A DNA stretch of 60,948 nt, filler included, from 5 parts of 5 records of this genome joined end to end with filler, not necessarily neighbours in it, one strand, 5' to 3'. Shown: positions 18,314 through 29,147, counted from the first letter of the whole stretch. The notes: generated from the sequence alone by a model not told the origin. Numbers and translations are program-made.

Positions 18314-20857
18314 TTAATCTGGAATATCAGGATCAGCCATTTTTACACTTGATCCCAATTGTAAATAAGCTCTATTAATTGATTCACAAGTCAAGTACAA
18401 TTTTCTATCTCTTGGGTGTTGCATTACTGCCTTCTCAATTAGATCTCTTAATTCCTTAACCTTCTGTTTCTTTTCAGTTGGGTCGGTTATCCATTTTCTG
18501 ATAAATTCATACTCTCCTTTACAGTGAATATGGGCAATGTGAGGATCTTCAGCTCCAACTTTTGTCAATAAACTCTGAGATAACTCATTTGCTTTTTGCT
18601 TATAATCTAATGCTTGTGCGTAATTCATTACAGCTGTACTGTATCGGTAATATAATAAGCATTTAGCATTTTGGATATACGTATACCTTGGGGCTAAAGA
18701 TTCAGCTTGATTAATATAGTTATCAGCTAATGATAAATCACCACCTTTACCTTCCAATTCAAGACTTCCATACTGAAGCCAAAAATGAGCATCATCATTA
18801 AAATAAGATGTTAAGGAATCAAAAACTTCTCTTGCTAATTCAATATTCTCTCTAAATCTGCGGTATAATATTTTATGATTTATCAACGACTTATACAAGT
18901 TAAACTTTCGTGAATTACCTTGAGATTTTTTCAATTCAGGAGAAAGTACTGATAAAACTCTAATATAGGCACTCTTCAGCATATTAAGACTTGCACATTT
19001 TTTAATAATGAAATCGGCAAGTATTCTATGTCTAAGCATAAATTTTGAATCCCCATTCACCCATAGAACTATACCATTAAGATTCGTTTTCAAATAGTTT
19101 AATGCTTCAGAATGTTTTGCTTCTGAAAAACCAATCAAATCCTGTTTACTATTTGTAAAACCAAGTTCGGTATTCAATGCAATGCATAAACAAAGCATTT
19201 TAGCTTCATATGGAGATATTTCATCAAACTCATCATGAATAATTTCATTAAATGATTTACCCTTAGTTGCCTCCATCATCGCTATAAGAATCTGCTTTTT
19301 AGATCTATATTTAAACTCTCTGAATCTTTGATTAGAGTTCATACCCTTTAATCTTCCCAATAGATTACATTCTTCAAGTTTAGCAATGAGATTATATATT
19401 TCTTGATCATATAAATCTTTTATTTGATAGTGATAGTGGTTTACAATCTCAGGATCTACAACATACTTTAACCTATCCATTTGATTGCTTCTCAACGCCA
19501 ATACGACTATTGGAGGGTTGTCTAAAGCAGAGAAAGCCTGTATCATTCTATCTAATTGAGGAACAATATTTTTAGCATTATCAAAGATTAGAACTACTTG
19601 TTCATCGATTGCCATCAAAACATCTACAATACATTCATAACGAGCAACAAAGTCTGAATCTGAAATAAATACTGTAACGCCATTTTGTGATAAAGATAGA
19701 CCTAACCTCTTAATTATAGTTGATTTTCCTGCTCCAGCATATCCATCGATAGAATACAGCAATTGCTTATCTGATTTTTTCTCTCCAATAGCAAAATCCT
19801 TAATTTCATCTAGTAATTCCGATGTTAATTCTCTTGGAATATCCAAATCCAAAAATATATCGTTCCAAGTTGGATTAGTTCCTTGCAAAAAACCTGATCT
19901 GACATTCTTAACCTTATACTCAGTCGGTACTCTTTTAAACGTATCGGCGAAAGCTTTCACATGTCGCTGTCGAACATTTGACAAATCTGCAAAATCTATC
20001 AAATTCAACAAATTAGGAAAAGTAGTTTTTAAAATTTCTTTTCTTTCAGGTAATTGACTTGATATTTTTAATAGCCATGTTAAAAATTCATCAGTAGTAC
20101 CCTTGATGTGATGTACATTATATTCACTTTTAAAGTTATCCTTCTTAACAGGTGATAATGATGGCGTTATAATATACGATTTTGGTCGAAGTTCTGCATA
20201 TCCACCTTTCCCTTCTCGAGCCTCAATATAACTCTCAAATAGTGGTTCATTTAAATCAGTTCCAATAAATATTGTAGGATGAGTTGCATAATCAAATATA
20301 AACTGACTGTATAAAGGCTGATTTTTATTAGTTGCTTTTGCATATTGCTTTGTCGAAAAAATTACATCTTCGGGATCACAAGGTAGTTTACCATGTAAAT
20401 ATACTACCTGCGCTCTCTCTAAAGATTGATCTCGTTCTCCAAATTCATCATGAGGATATACCAAGTTTTGGACAATTTTGCTATTTCTTTTATATACAAC
20501 ATCTATAATGTCATCAATATTTAAAGAGTACACTTTGTACCAATATGGAATGCATGCTACATCATACATCTCTGGCACTTCATCACTTAACAAATTATCA
20601 TTTAAAAAATTTGTTTTAACACTACGTTTTTTACCTGCATTTAAAAAAGCTTGGTACATTTCAGGTAAAGGTGTACCATCATATTCACCTTCATAACCTA
20701 AAAAATCCCATAATTTGTTTCCTAATGCCCAGCCTGTCGGGAATTTCTCCCCTAAACAATTCTTGGCATTTCTTGAAAATCCTGATCCTAAAAAAAGGAT
20801 TACCTCATTTCTACCTAATTGTCTTATAAGATATTTTTCATCATTTTCTGAAAACAT
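18314..20857 (-). CDS. SIR2-like domain + P-loop NTPase + helical-repeat protein, candidate antiphage effector
   Basis: LFLGSGFS, YSLNIDD, YLHG, IFIG (SIR2_2 motifs); Walker A GYAGAGKST, Walker B LIFDN; TPR-like HFWLQYGSLE. Confidence 0.8.
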   Translation of the reverse strand: MFSENDEKYLIRQLGRNEVILFLGSGFSRNAKNCLGEKFPTGWALGNKLWDFLGYEGEYDGTPLPEMYQAFLNAGKKRSVKTNFLNDNLLSDEVPEMYDVACIPYWYKVYSLNIDDIIDVVYKRNSKIVQNLVYPHDEFGERDQSLERAQVVYLHGKLPCDPEDVIFSTKQYAKATNKNQPLYSQFIFDYATHPTIFIGTDLNEPLFESYIEAREGKGGYAELRPKSYIITPSLSPVKKDNFKSEYNVHHIKGTTDEFLTWLLKISSQLPERKEILKTTFPNLLNLIDFADLSNVRQRHVKAFADTFKRVPTEYKVKNVRSGFLQGTNPTWNDIFLDLDIPRELTSELLDEIKDFAIGEKKSDKQLLYSIDGYAGAGKSTIIKRLGLSLSQNGVTVFISDSDFVARYECIVDVLMAIDEQVVLIFDNAKNIVPQLDRMIQAFSALDNPPIVVLALRSNQMDRLKYVVDPEIVNHYHYQIKDLYDQEIYNLIAKLEECNLLGRLKGMNSNQRFREFKYRSKKQILIAMMEATKGKSFNEIIHDEFDEISPYEAKMLCLCIALNTELGFTNSKQDLIGFSEAKHSEALNYLKTNLNGIVLWVNGDSKFMLRHRILADFIIKKCASLNMLKSAYIRVLSVLSPELKKSQGNSRKFNLYKSLINHKILYRRFRENIELAREVFDSLTSYFNDDAHFWLQYGSLELEGKGGDLSLADNYINQAESLAPRYTYIQNAKCLLYYRYSTAVMNYAQALDYKQKANELSQSLLTKVGAEDPHIAHIHCKGEYEFIRKWITDPTEKKQKVKELRDLIEKAVMQHPRDRKLYLTCESINRAYLQLGSSVKMADPDIPD

Positions 20858-20978
20858 ATGCTAAATGGAGATTTTGAATTATTAACAAACACCTAATTTA
20901 TTAATTAAAACTTACAGAGCAAGAATATTATTTCCAATAATTTATGTTTCCTTTATTGGTTTGGGATAGAAACTTGTA

Positions 20979-21524
20979 TTAAAATTTATACATTTCTAAG
21001 TTATGCTCCAATGCATACTTCGTACTATCATCAATTAAAGAAAAATCAAATTCAGTTGAAAAAATACAAATTGTATCCATTAGGAATTCTTTACACCATT
21101 TCATTAATTCCTTCTTGTCTTCTTCATAAAATAACCTTGCCATTTCTCTACCAATTTTATGGTTGTATTGTTCCATGGAATCAAATTCCAGGTCTTCGAC
21201 CAATTCCAGTAATTGATTGTAGTATTTTTCATCGCTAATCAAACGAAAACAAAGAGCAGTTTTATCCGAATCACTTAGTTTATTCAAATAGAAAACTGTT
21301 AACTGGGTTAGTTCTTCAAAGTAATGATTCTGCGATTGACCATCTTGAAAATTTAATCTTTCAAACTCTTCCCTCACGGTGTAATATTTTTCCCCTTCAT
21401 CATCTTCCTTTTCTTCAAGATTTATCGCTTGCCTAAGAAGATCAACAACAAGAATATTTCCATAGTCAACCAAGGCTCTATAGACATCCTTAGTGATTAG
21501 CATTTCGTTAGATAGTTCAATCAT
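20979..21524 (-). CDS. Hypothetical acidic protein
   Basis: 181-aa ORF co-oriented with its neighbours; no recognised motif. Confidence 0.6.
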   Translation of the reverse strand: MIELSNEMLITKDVYRALVDYGNILVVDLLRQAINLEEKEDDEGEKYYTVREEFERLNFQDGQSQNHYFEELTQLTVFYLNKLSDSDKTALCFRLISDEKYYNQLLELVEDLEFDSMEQYNHKIGREMARLFYEEDKKELMKWCKEFLMDTICIFSTEFDFSLIDDSTKYALEHNLEMYKF

Positions 21525-21684
21525 TTATCTATTTTTACAATCATTAATAGTCAAAATTTATACTTCTTTAAAAATAATTGAAATACCTTATCTTTCATAA
21601 CTCTGTTTGAATTATGAACAAACTTCTTTTTTAGAATAATGAAGTATTGACCTTTTTGCTGATCCTTTGGAATAACATCACTGT

Positions 21685-22047
21685 TCAAAATTTATAGTGT
21701 AATAATATTTCTCTTAATCCTTTTAATACATCAACATCTTCCCCTGTTAAATTTGGTGCATTATCAATATTTAAACGATGAGCAATTTGATTCAAATTTG
21801 TGGCAACTTTACCTAATTCATATAACATTTCATCTCTAGTTTTATCTCGATATAAAATTTCGAATTTACCCTCCAACAGTATCTCACGAATAAATGGTGA
21901 CCTTTCTTTAAACATTGATTGAGTAAACATTTTATTAAACTTCACCATTTCTTCATCATTCAAATACAATAATATTTTGTTAGCTTTTCTATTTTTTGAT
22001 TTAGCTAATTTTGTTCGCCCTCCTTTATTAAAATCTTTATTTACCAT
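21685..22047 (-). CDS. mobC: MobC-type relaxosome accessory protein
   Basis: RHH-like N-terminus and ELGKVATNLNQIAHRLN motif. Confidence 0.8.
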   Translation of the reverse strand: MVNKDFNKGGRTKLAKSKNRKANKILLYLNDEEMVKFNKMFTQSMFKERSPFIREILLEGKFEILYRDKTRDEMLYELGKVATNLNQIAHRLNIDNAPNLTGEDVDVLKGLREILLHYKF

Positions 22048-22087
22048 ATCGTTTATTTAAAATAAATATTGACGGAACGGAGATATT

Positions 22088-22190
22088 TAAATCAATTTTT
22101 CATTGATTTCCCTCGACAACAGATCGAGGAAACAAGGCTAATTTACAATGTAAATTAGGTAATGGGTGCACCCAATACACACCTTGCTTT
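22088..22190. promoter_or_regulatory. Putative oriT
   Basis: Clustered inverted repeats (AATCAAT..ATTGATT, CCTCGA..TCGAGG, CTAATTTACA-A-TGTAAATTAG, TGGGTGCACCCA) followed by ACCTTGCT, directly upstream of mobC. Confidence 0.5.
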
Positions 22191-22478
22191 TCAAAATTGA
22201 AACCTTAGATCTTTTATTCCTTTTCCTTGTTTTTTATTAATCATTATTTCTTTGTTTTTTAGCACTTCGCTTTCTAAACTTTTCTATTCTTTTCTCTATT
22301 CATCATTTTATTCAACTTTATTTTCTCTCGAATTTTATCTACGTTTTATTTTACCACAATCTCAATTATTTTCATACTGTTCAATTTTCTTTATGCATAC
22401 TATTCTGTTCTTTAAGTATTATCGGAACTGAAAATTTTATATTATCAGTTTTAAAAAAATCTGATAAAGAAAAAACAA

Positions 22479-22624
22479 TGTAAACCCATAACATCCTAAT
22501 TATCTTAGCATTAAAAACTCATGTAAACCTGTGTAAACCCATTGTAAACCTAAACAATACCTTATAAACAATTAATTACAAGCATTTTACATTTACTAAT
22601 ATTATATAGGTTTACAGGTTTACA
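22479..22624. repeat. Iteron-like TGTAAACC array, putative replication origin
   Basis: Direct copies at 22479, 22522, 22532, 22543 and inverted copies (GGTTTACA) at 22609, 22617 around an AT-rich core. Confidence 0.7.
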
Positions 22625-22717
22625 ATGAATTTTCAAATTTTCTATAGAGATTTTAATTCAAAGACAAAAAAAGAATCCACCTTAAAGCAGATTCTCTCAT
22701 TTTGGTTTTAAGCAGTT

Positions 22718-22990
22718 TTAACGCTTTAATCTTTGAGCCTTTCTTAAATCCTTATACGATTGGATATACTCTTCCAATGCCTCTTCAATCACTTTCCCTA
22801 TAGGTTTTCTATCGTAAAAGGCAATAGCTTTTATTTTGTCCAACTGTTTCGCATCGTAGTAGTAAGTTGCTTTAACAGCTTTCTGTATACTTTTAACAAT
22901 TTTCTTTTTTTCTATATCAGATTCTTTTTTTTCGGATGTACTGGGCTGTAACAATCCATCAATGCCAGGTGTAAAATTTTTTTTTGCCAT
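22718..22990 (-). CDS. Small ParA partner (RHH-like DNA-binding protein)
   Basis: Directly downstream of parA; basic N-terminal MAKKNF tail; beta-alpha-alpha-like C-terminus KATYYY...VIEEALEEY. Confidence 0.6.
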   Translation of the reverse strand: MAKKNFTPGIDGLLQPSTSEKKESDIEKKKIVKSIQKAVKATYYYDAKQLDKIKAIAFYDRKPIGKVIEEALEEYIQSYKDLRKAQRLKR

Positions 22991-23035
22991 AGTTTATGGT
23001 TTTAATGGTGGGTATGGTATCAATTAGAAAAAAAA

Positions 23036-23785
23036 TTAAGATTGCTTGCTTAAAAATTCCTCACACAGTTTTAAATAATCTTCAGCACCATTACTATTGG
23101 GTGCATATCGAAAAATATCCATTCCGACAGAAGGTGCTTCTGCAAGTGCGATATTTTCTCTAATGGTTGTCTCATATAGCCTCCCCTTAAAGTGATTCTT
23201 CAAAACTTTCTGTACATCACGATGTAAAACTTTACGTTGGTTACACTGAGTAAGAAGAACTCCTTCGAGCTTTAGCTTAGGATTAATTCTGGATTTGATT
23301 TTTTTTGCAACTTCTGCTAACCCACTTAAGCCCTGAATGCTCAAATGGTGGGGAAGAACAGGTATGATAAAGGTATCACAAGCCGAAAGAGCATTTAAGG
23401 CAATTAAACCTATAGAGGGGGAACAATCAATTAGAATAAAATCGTATTGACCCCCAACTGGCTCTAACAATTCTTTAAGCAGGTATTCCCTTCCAGGTTC
23501 TCCATTCATTTCATTTTCCAAGGCACTAAGATCCATACTAGATGGAATTAGACTTAAGTTATCCATTATTTCTATTGGTAAAAGTTCAGACTCCCCTTTT
23601 AATGCTTGATAGATGTTATTTTCGCAATCTCTTATTCCTAACGATTGAGATGCGTTATTTTGCGGATCAAGGTCCACAAGTAACACATTCTTTCCTTTTA
23701 AACTTAGGGCAGTAGCTAATGAACATGTCGTTGTTGTTTTACCTACTCCACCTTTTTGGTTGATAATTGATATTATTTTAGCCAT
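23036..23785 (-). CDS. parA: ParA/Soj family ATPase
   Basis: NQKGGVGKTT, DLDPQ, IDCSPS, LAEAPS. Confidence 0.93.
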   Translation of the reverse strand: MAKIISIINQKGGVGKTTTTCSLATALSLKGKNVLLVDLDPQNNASQSLGIRDCENNIYQALKGESELLPIEIMDNLSLIPSSMDLSALENEMNGEPGREYLLKELLEPVGGQYDFILIDCSPSIGLIALNALSACDTFIIPVLPHHLSIQGLSGLAEVAKKIKSRINPKLKLEGVLLTQCNQRKVLHRDVQKVLKNHFKGRLYETTIRENIALAEAPSVGMDIFRYAPNSNGAEDYLKLCEEFLSKQS

Positions 23786-26445
23786 AGTTCTTTTTCTAAT
23801 GGTAGATTTTCAAATTCAAATAAATATGCACATCCTAAACCTTTAATTGTGTGAGAATCAATTCTACCCTTTTGCCAGGTCTTTACAAATGACTTCTGAT
23901 CTTTCAATAAGGCTAGTAATGTTCCTGAATCTAGTTCTGGCTGATTTTGAGAAAGGCAGAATCTTCTGTACAATGGATAAATTAATCCGAAATGAATTCC
24001 TAACAAATCTTTTCCATCATGCTTAATGAGTCTAAAATGCTGCTTATTCAATTTAGATTCTGATTTTAAAAATTCAATAACATTCCAAAATTGATTTATC
24101 TCACTCACTTTCTTCAGTGACTCATCCTGCTCTTTTGCATTTTCCAGCAAACAATCATACAGATCTTCATATTTCATTGGAAAATTCAACTTAGAACTCA
24201 TGGTCTTATAAATCGCCAATAACAAAGCAGTGTGCTTCACATTTCGTTCAGAATATTTTGAAGTTATTGGATTATGATATTTCAACTCATGATAAACCAA
24301 ATCGAATTGCTCCTTAAACTCTTTTACAAAGTGAGATCGTTGATTCAGTATTTCTAATATTACATTTCCAAAACCAGCTTTTGCTTCCTTTTTTAGAGTC
24401 TGGAAAGCTCTCGTTTCTTCATCTGAAAAGAGGTGACTCGAAAAGTTTAGAATGATCATTCTACTATACAAGGCTGAAGACATAGTAGGTAAGTAATTTC
24501 CATCTAATATGATTGCTGAATTAACCTGAGTATCATGAGTCCTACTATCATTTGACATATTTGCCCTACTATATCCACTCCCATCATAAGCAGTCTTCAA
24601 GAACCCAGTAATTTTAGATTCGATTTTTGCATTTAACTCCTTAAGATACAACAATGAATTTCGCTGTTGATCTGCACTTCTCGCGACAGATTTAGATGTT
24701 GATCCTCCCTCTAGTGACACTCCACTGTTTGCAGATCCAAATAATTTTAAGAAGAACTCTGAAAATGTAGTTTTACCAACTCCATAATCACCAAATAGGA
24801 ATAAAAATGGATAAAAACCTAACTCTTTGAATATATGATCCCTAAATAAGCTACCTATTACAAAACACATTCCAACCACCGCTTTATCGTGATAAGCTAT
24901 ATAGAGCAAATTGGACCATTCCTTAAATTTTATCCGACCAGGTATAAATTTGAATCCTTTTTCTTTGTCATACCATGGAGAGTATTTATTAATAACACTA
25001 AAAGCTGGAATATAAAGAGATTTTCCTTTGGCTCCTACAACACCAAACCTATCAACTTTTAAAAAATTACCTTCTTGAATTATTCCATTACTGAAAGCAT
25101 ACACATCATATTCTGGCTGATATCCTAAGATGCCAATATTATGAGCTGTCTCTTCTTTTTCTCGCATTGATTCAAGGATAACATCCAGCTCATATTGTGA
25201 GCCTAAAAAGGAAAAACCTCCAACTGAGGCAATACTAGATTTGAATGATTTTAAGTTTAAATTCTTTGAAGAAATCGTTAATAGCTTAGATTTTCCAGAT
25301 CTATTTTGAAGTAAAAAAATACGTTTCGCATCATCAGATCCATCCGGTAAAAAATAAAAAACTTTCATGATAAAATTGGAAATCCTTCTCTCTCGAACTT
25401 TCCCTTTAAATTGATCTTCTACATAATAGCAGCTGTTTCTCTGAAAGAATCCGAAAGTGCTTTTATCCTTTCCTTCGTCTTTTGAATCATGAAGATATTC
25501 AGGATAAAGTTGTTTGTATTTTTCTGATTTTTTTAAGAAAGAAAATAGAAAATTGTCCTTTAAAAGATCATTTATATCCTTTCCTTCTGGTACTATCAAT
25601 TTGTGAATAGAAATTACTGACACATCCCATTCCATTATTTTCTGATAGAGAACTTTTGCTGCTTCATTCCCTCCTTTGTCATTATCTAGTGCAAGAACAA
25701 CTCTTTTATTTTGAATAAATGATTCAATTAAAGGTTTTGATAATATATTAGTAGAACTAAAAATTGAAATGCTCGAATAAACAGGATATAAAGACAATGT
25801 GTTTATCACACCTTCAGTAATAAAAATAGTATCCTTACTTTCTTGGTAACATTTGGTATATATAGACTGATCTAGATTACCTTGATTCAAGTATTTATTC
25901 CGTCCTTTTTTCTTTTCAAAATACCTTTTGTTTATTAATCTCTCTTTAGAATCAAAAAATACAATTCCTTCGGGTTTCTTGTCTTGCGATAAATTCTGAT
26001 AAAAAGAGCCAACAGGTAATTTATCACATTCAATTCCTCTCTCTTCAAGATAGGCTTTGGCTTGATTTGTTGGATTGTTTTTTATTGCAAAAATTTGCTT
26101 TTCAAGCGCGCTTCTTTCTTTGTTACAATTCTGTTCTTGAAAACGATAATCAGAAAATAGATTCTGGACCAAGTATCTAATCACTTCCGGCATTTCTAAT
26201 TTCAATTGTTTTTCAGCAACATTAAAACAATCCATTGCCTTATCCGAGGACGCAAAATTTTTTAACCAATATTTACCTTCAAGTAATTTTATTGATGAAG
26301 AAGGAGTCTTCTCCTTATGAGTTTTGAAGCTTTTCTTCAAAGTAGCTTGTGGAAAAAAATGCTGAATAATTTTTAATTGCATTTCCGGGCTTTGATTTAC
26401 CCTATCTATTAGGTTATCAGAACCATTTTTATTATTTTTGCTCAT
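23773..26445 (-). CDS. Toprim primase fused to a P-loop helicase
   Basis: YLEERGI, ITEG, LALDNDKGG, KDIND (Toprim); GDYGVGKTT Walker A. Confidence 0.82.
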   Translation of the reverse strand: MSKNNKNGSDNLIDRVNQSPEMQLKIIQHFFPQATLKKSFKTHKEKTPSSSIKLLEGKYWLKNFASSDKAMDCFNVAEKQLKLEMPEVIRYLVQNLFSDYRFQEQNCNKERSALEKQIFAIKNNPTNQAKAYLEERGIECDKLPVGSFYQNLSQDKKPEGIVFFDSKERLINKRYFEKKKGRNKYLNQGNLDQSIYTKCYQESKDTIFITEGVINTLSLYPVYSSISIFSSTNILSKPLIESFIQNKRVVLALDNDKGGNEAAKVLYQKIMEWDVSVISIHKLIVPEGKDINDLLKDNFLFSFLKKSEKYKQLYPEYLHDSKDEGKDKSTFGFFQRNSCYYVEDQFKGKVRERRISNFIMKVFYFLPDGSDDAKRIFLLQNRSGKSKLLTISSKNLNLKSFKSSIASVGGFSFLGSQYELDVILESMREKEETAHNIGILGYQPEYDVYAFSNGIIQEGNFLKVDRFGVVGAKGKSLYIPAFSVINKYSPWYDKEKGFKFIPGRIKFKEWSNLLYIAYHDKAVVGMCFVIGSLFRDHIFKELGFYPFLFLFGDYGVGKTTFSEFFLKLFGSANSGVSLEGGSTSKSVARSADQQRNSLLYLKELNAKIESKITGFLKTAYDGSGYSRANMSNDSRTHDTQVNSAIILDGNYLPTMSSALYSRMIILNFSSHLFSDEETRAFQTLKKEAKAGFGNVILEILNQRSHFVKEFKEQFDLVYHELKYHNPITSKYSERNVKHTALLLAIYKTMSSKLNFPMKYEDLYDCLLENAKEQDESLKKVSEINQFWNVIEFLKSESKLNKQHFRLIKHDGKDLLGIHFGLIYPLYRRFCLSQNQPELDSGTLLALLKDQKSFVKTWQKGRIDSHTIKGLGCAYLFEFENLPLEKELWLK

Positions 26446-26589
26446 GTGTTTTAGGCGAGTTATCTAAACATGAAAATATAATAGGTGGATGGCGGTCCAC
26501 CTTTTTTATTTCCTTCCTTTTCTTATAATTTCTATTAATTAGGGCTTGACTTTGAATATGTAATTTTGTCATTAATTGAAATATTCAAA

Positions 26590-26967
26590 TTACTTTGATA
26601 ATTCATCATCGATTTCTCTCTCTATTTCATCATTTGTTTTGCGAAGATGCTTTTTTACAAAATCATCTAAATCTTCAGGAAAGAATCGCCAGGATTTACC
26701 AATTTTTGCGCCTTTAATTTCATTGCGTGCTAGATATTCACGAAAGGTTGGAACCGGCATTTGAATGTATTCTGCAGCTTCTCTAAGCACTAATATTTTT
26801 TTCGATGTATCAGTAGATGTAGGTAAATTAGCTAGTACATCACTAGCAAAATTTTCAAGACTCTTTTCTAAATCTTTTTGGGAAACAACAATAAATGGAA
26901 GTTGTGGGAAATTTTCACCTTGTAAATTAAGCTGATTTCTTTCAATTGGTATTCTTTCATTACTCAT
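26590..26967 (-). CDS. Excisionase-like HTH protein
   Basis: LREAAEYIQMPVPTFREY...IKGAKIGKSWRF (HTH_17-like). Confidence 0.8.
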   Translation of the reverse strand: MSNERIPIERNQLNLQGENFPQLPFIVVSQKDLEKSLENFASDVLANLPTSTDTSKKILVLREAAEYIQMPVPTFREYLARNEIKGAKIGKSWRFFPEDLDDFVKKHLRKTNDEIEREIDDELSK

Positions 26968-27047
26968 AGTATCTAATTTTAATTATCACACAACAATGAT
27001 AAGTAACAACCATAGCCAATCATAGGAAATCTGTATTTAGAACCAGT

Positions 27048-27842
27048 TCAGAACTGGTTCTTTTTATTTAACCTAAATTTATCCAAGTCATCTAAAGCTC
27101 TTTTTTTGCCTTTCACAGTCAAATATTCATACATTTCTTTGAATCTTTTTTCAAAATCCCTAAATGCATATCTTTCAGTTTCGCTCATAGAAAAAAGATC
27201 ATATTTTGCTATTAATTTTTTTGCTGCTTTATATCCATATTTTTCTAATATTTCATTAACATTAAACTTATCAATAGGCTCCTCATTATAAATATGTAAT
27301 AAAACAACACTACTCATGTGTAGTTTCTTTCTTATCAAGTCTTTCTCCATATTCCCTTTTTTAGAATAATTGAAATAGATCAGTACTTCTTCTTCATCAA
27401 CTTCTTCTTCCATTAGAAATATATTTATTTCTTCTGCTGCCCATAAATATCCCAATGCACTTTTCAATTCTTCATATTTTTTCTCAATATTCCATAAATA
27501 ATGCTTCCATAAATCATATACTCCTGCCTTTCCTTCATCTAAAGAGTCACAATAAGCATTACTATTGCATTTTTCAATCTCCTCACAAATAGCGTCTTGT
27601 AATGAATTTATCCACTGTGTTTTTTTCTCCTTTATTAATGAGTATGAATTATCATTAATGAATCTCGTTAAATAACTTATTTTTTGACAAAGCATTTCTT
27701 CGCAAATTGAAAAACCCATCTCTACATCCTTTATGAAGTATGAAGGTCCGGTAATTTCTTCAACCCATTTTTCTACATGAATACTGCTGTATATTTCTTC
27801 TTTTGATTTTAATTCCGATATATCTTCAGACATCCATTGCAT
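27048..27842 (-). CDS. Hypothetical protein
   Basis: 264-aa ORF immediately downstream of the integrase; no recognised motif. Confidence 0.6.
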   Translation of the reverse strand: MQWMSEDISELKSKEEIYSSIHVEKWVEEITGPSYFIKDVEMGFSICEEMLCQKISYLTRFINDNSYSLIKEKKTQWINSLQDAICEEIEKCNSNAYCDSLDEGKAGVYDLWKHYLWNIEKKYEELKSALGYLWAAEEINIFLMEEEVDEEEVLIYFNYSKKGNMEKDLIRKKLHMSSVVLLHIYNEEPIDKFNVNEILEKYGYKAAKKLIAKYDLFSMSETERYAFRDFEKRFKEMYEYLTVKGKKRALDDLDKFRLNKKNQF

Positions 27843-27844
27843 CT

Positions 27845-29134
27845 TTATTCAAATTTTAAAAGTTTATTAGCATTCTTAATTTTCTCTTCGTTAGAGATAC
27901 TTGCAATATATTTATCAATTACTTTCATACTAGAGTGACCAACACTTTCAGCTATTGTATGGATATCAACACCTGAACGCACTAATACTGTTACAAAAGA
28001 GTGTCTCGCATAGTAAGTGGTAACAGAAACATTTAATTCCAATTTTTCGGAAATCCGTTTCATGTATTTGTTAATTTGCTTCACAAATTGCTGCACTTTT
28101 TTCTTTATTTCCTCTTCACTTGGGTTCCCCTCTAGAACAGGAAAAATAAACTCACTTTTCTTTTTTGATTGATTACCCCAACAATCTATTATTTCTTTGT
28201 TCTTATCAATTAGCGCAATGGTGATTGTTCTCGCAGAACGATTGGTATTTTTCACTTTTTCACGAGCATAAACAATTGTATCACCATATATGTCTTTATA
28301 TTTTAATAAACACACATCCTTCATGTTTATACCATTCCCCAAATAAGAAAATACCCACATATCTCTGTAATAATGCTCTGGTGATCCAGGCTCTGGTAAA
28401 TAATTAATGATCTTCCCTATTTCTTCCAGAGTTAAAGCTTTCTTTGGATTTTCAGGTTCCGGGGATTTGTAACGTCCTCTTTTAACATCACCAAAAGGAC
28501 TTTTCTTACTATCAAGAATACCATCTTCTATAGCATCATTAATTATCTTTTTCAAAGGCCTGCAATAGATCCCAACTGTTGTTCTACTATGACCTTTTGC
28601 TATCATCCAATTTTCAAATTGTCGTAAAAAGGTTGGGGTTATTATTTCAAAAGAGATTGAATCTTTACCATGAAATTCTTTTAACTTTTTCATGGAGTAG
28701 TTATAATTCTGGGCTGTTCCCAATCTATCCTCAGATTTTAAAGTATTTATATAATTTTGATAATAGGTATACACACTTTCTGTATCTGTTCGCTTCTGTG
28801 TAAACAACTTTTTAAACTCCACAAAAGAAAACACTTTCATTTCACTGAGAACATCGTATGCTCTTTTTAGGTAATAGTGCACTACGACACGCTTTTCAGT
28901 TAAATCTTTGTTTAACCGATTGCTCTTACATATTTTTAAATACTCTTCCTTTGATACAGAAACTTTAGTGGAGTAATATTTATAAATTCTTCCGTAAATA
29001 ATTCTTATTTTTATCGAATAAGAACCATCCTTACGCTGCTTATCTGTATCAAGAACTGCAACCAATGAAACACCTTTCTCACTTTGTAGTGTTTCTTCAT
29101 TAACATCAGGAAGAGAAATCCAAGGCAAACTCAT
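27845..29134 (-). CDS. Bacteroidota-type tyrosine integrase
   Basis: Arm-binding N-terminus (KDGSYSIKIRI), SAM-like domain, YLGNGINMKD, TTYYARHSF, VGHSS...KY. Confidence 0.9.
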   Translation of the reverse strand: MSLPWISLPDVNEETLQSEKGVSLVAVLDTDKQRKDGSYSIKIRIIYGRIYKYYSTKVSVSKEEYLKICKSNRLNKDLTEKRVVVHYYLKRAYDVLSEMKVFSFVEFKKLFTQKRTDTESVYTYYQNYINTLKSEDRLGTAQNYNYSMKKLKEFHGKDSISFEIITPTFLRQFENWMIAKGHSRTTVGIYCRPLKKIINDAIEDGILDSKKSPFGDVKRGRYKSPEPENPKKALTLEEIGKIINYLPEPGSPEHYYRDMWVFSYLGNGINMKDVCLLKYKDIYGDTIVYAREKVKNTNRSARTITIALIDKNKEIIDCWGNQSKKKSEFIFPVLEGNPSEEEIKKKVQQFVKQINKYMKRISEKLELNVSVTTYYARHSFVTVLVRSGVDIHTIAESVGHSSMKVIDKYIASISNEEKIKNANKLLKFE

Positions 29135-29147
29135 AATTATTTTATTT

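Noticed and set aside
22479-22624. CRISPR-like array
   Set aside because: Repeats are only 8 bp, irregularly spaced and partly inverted
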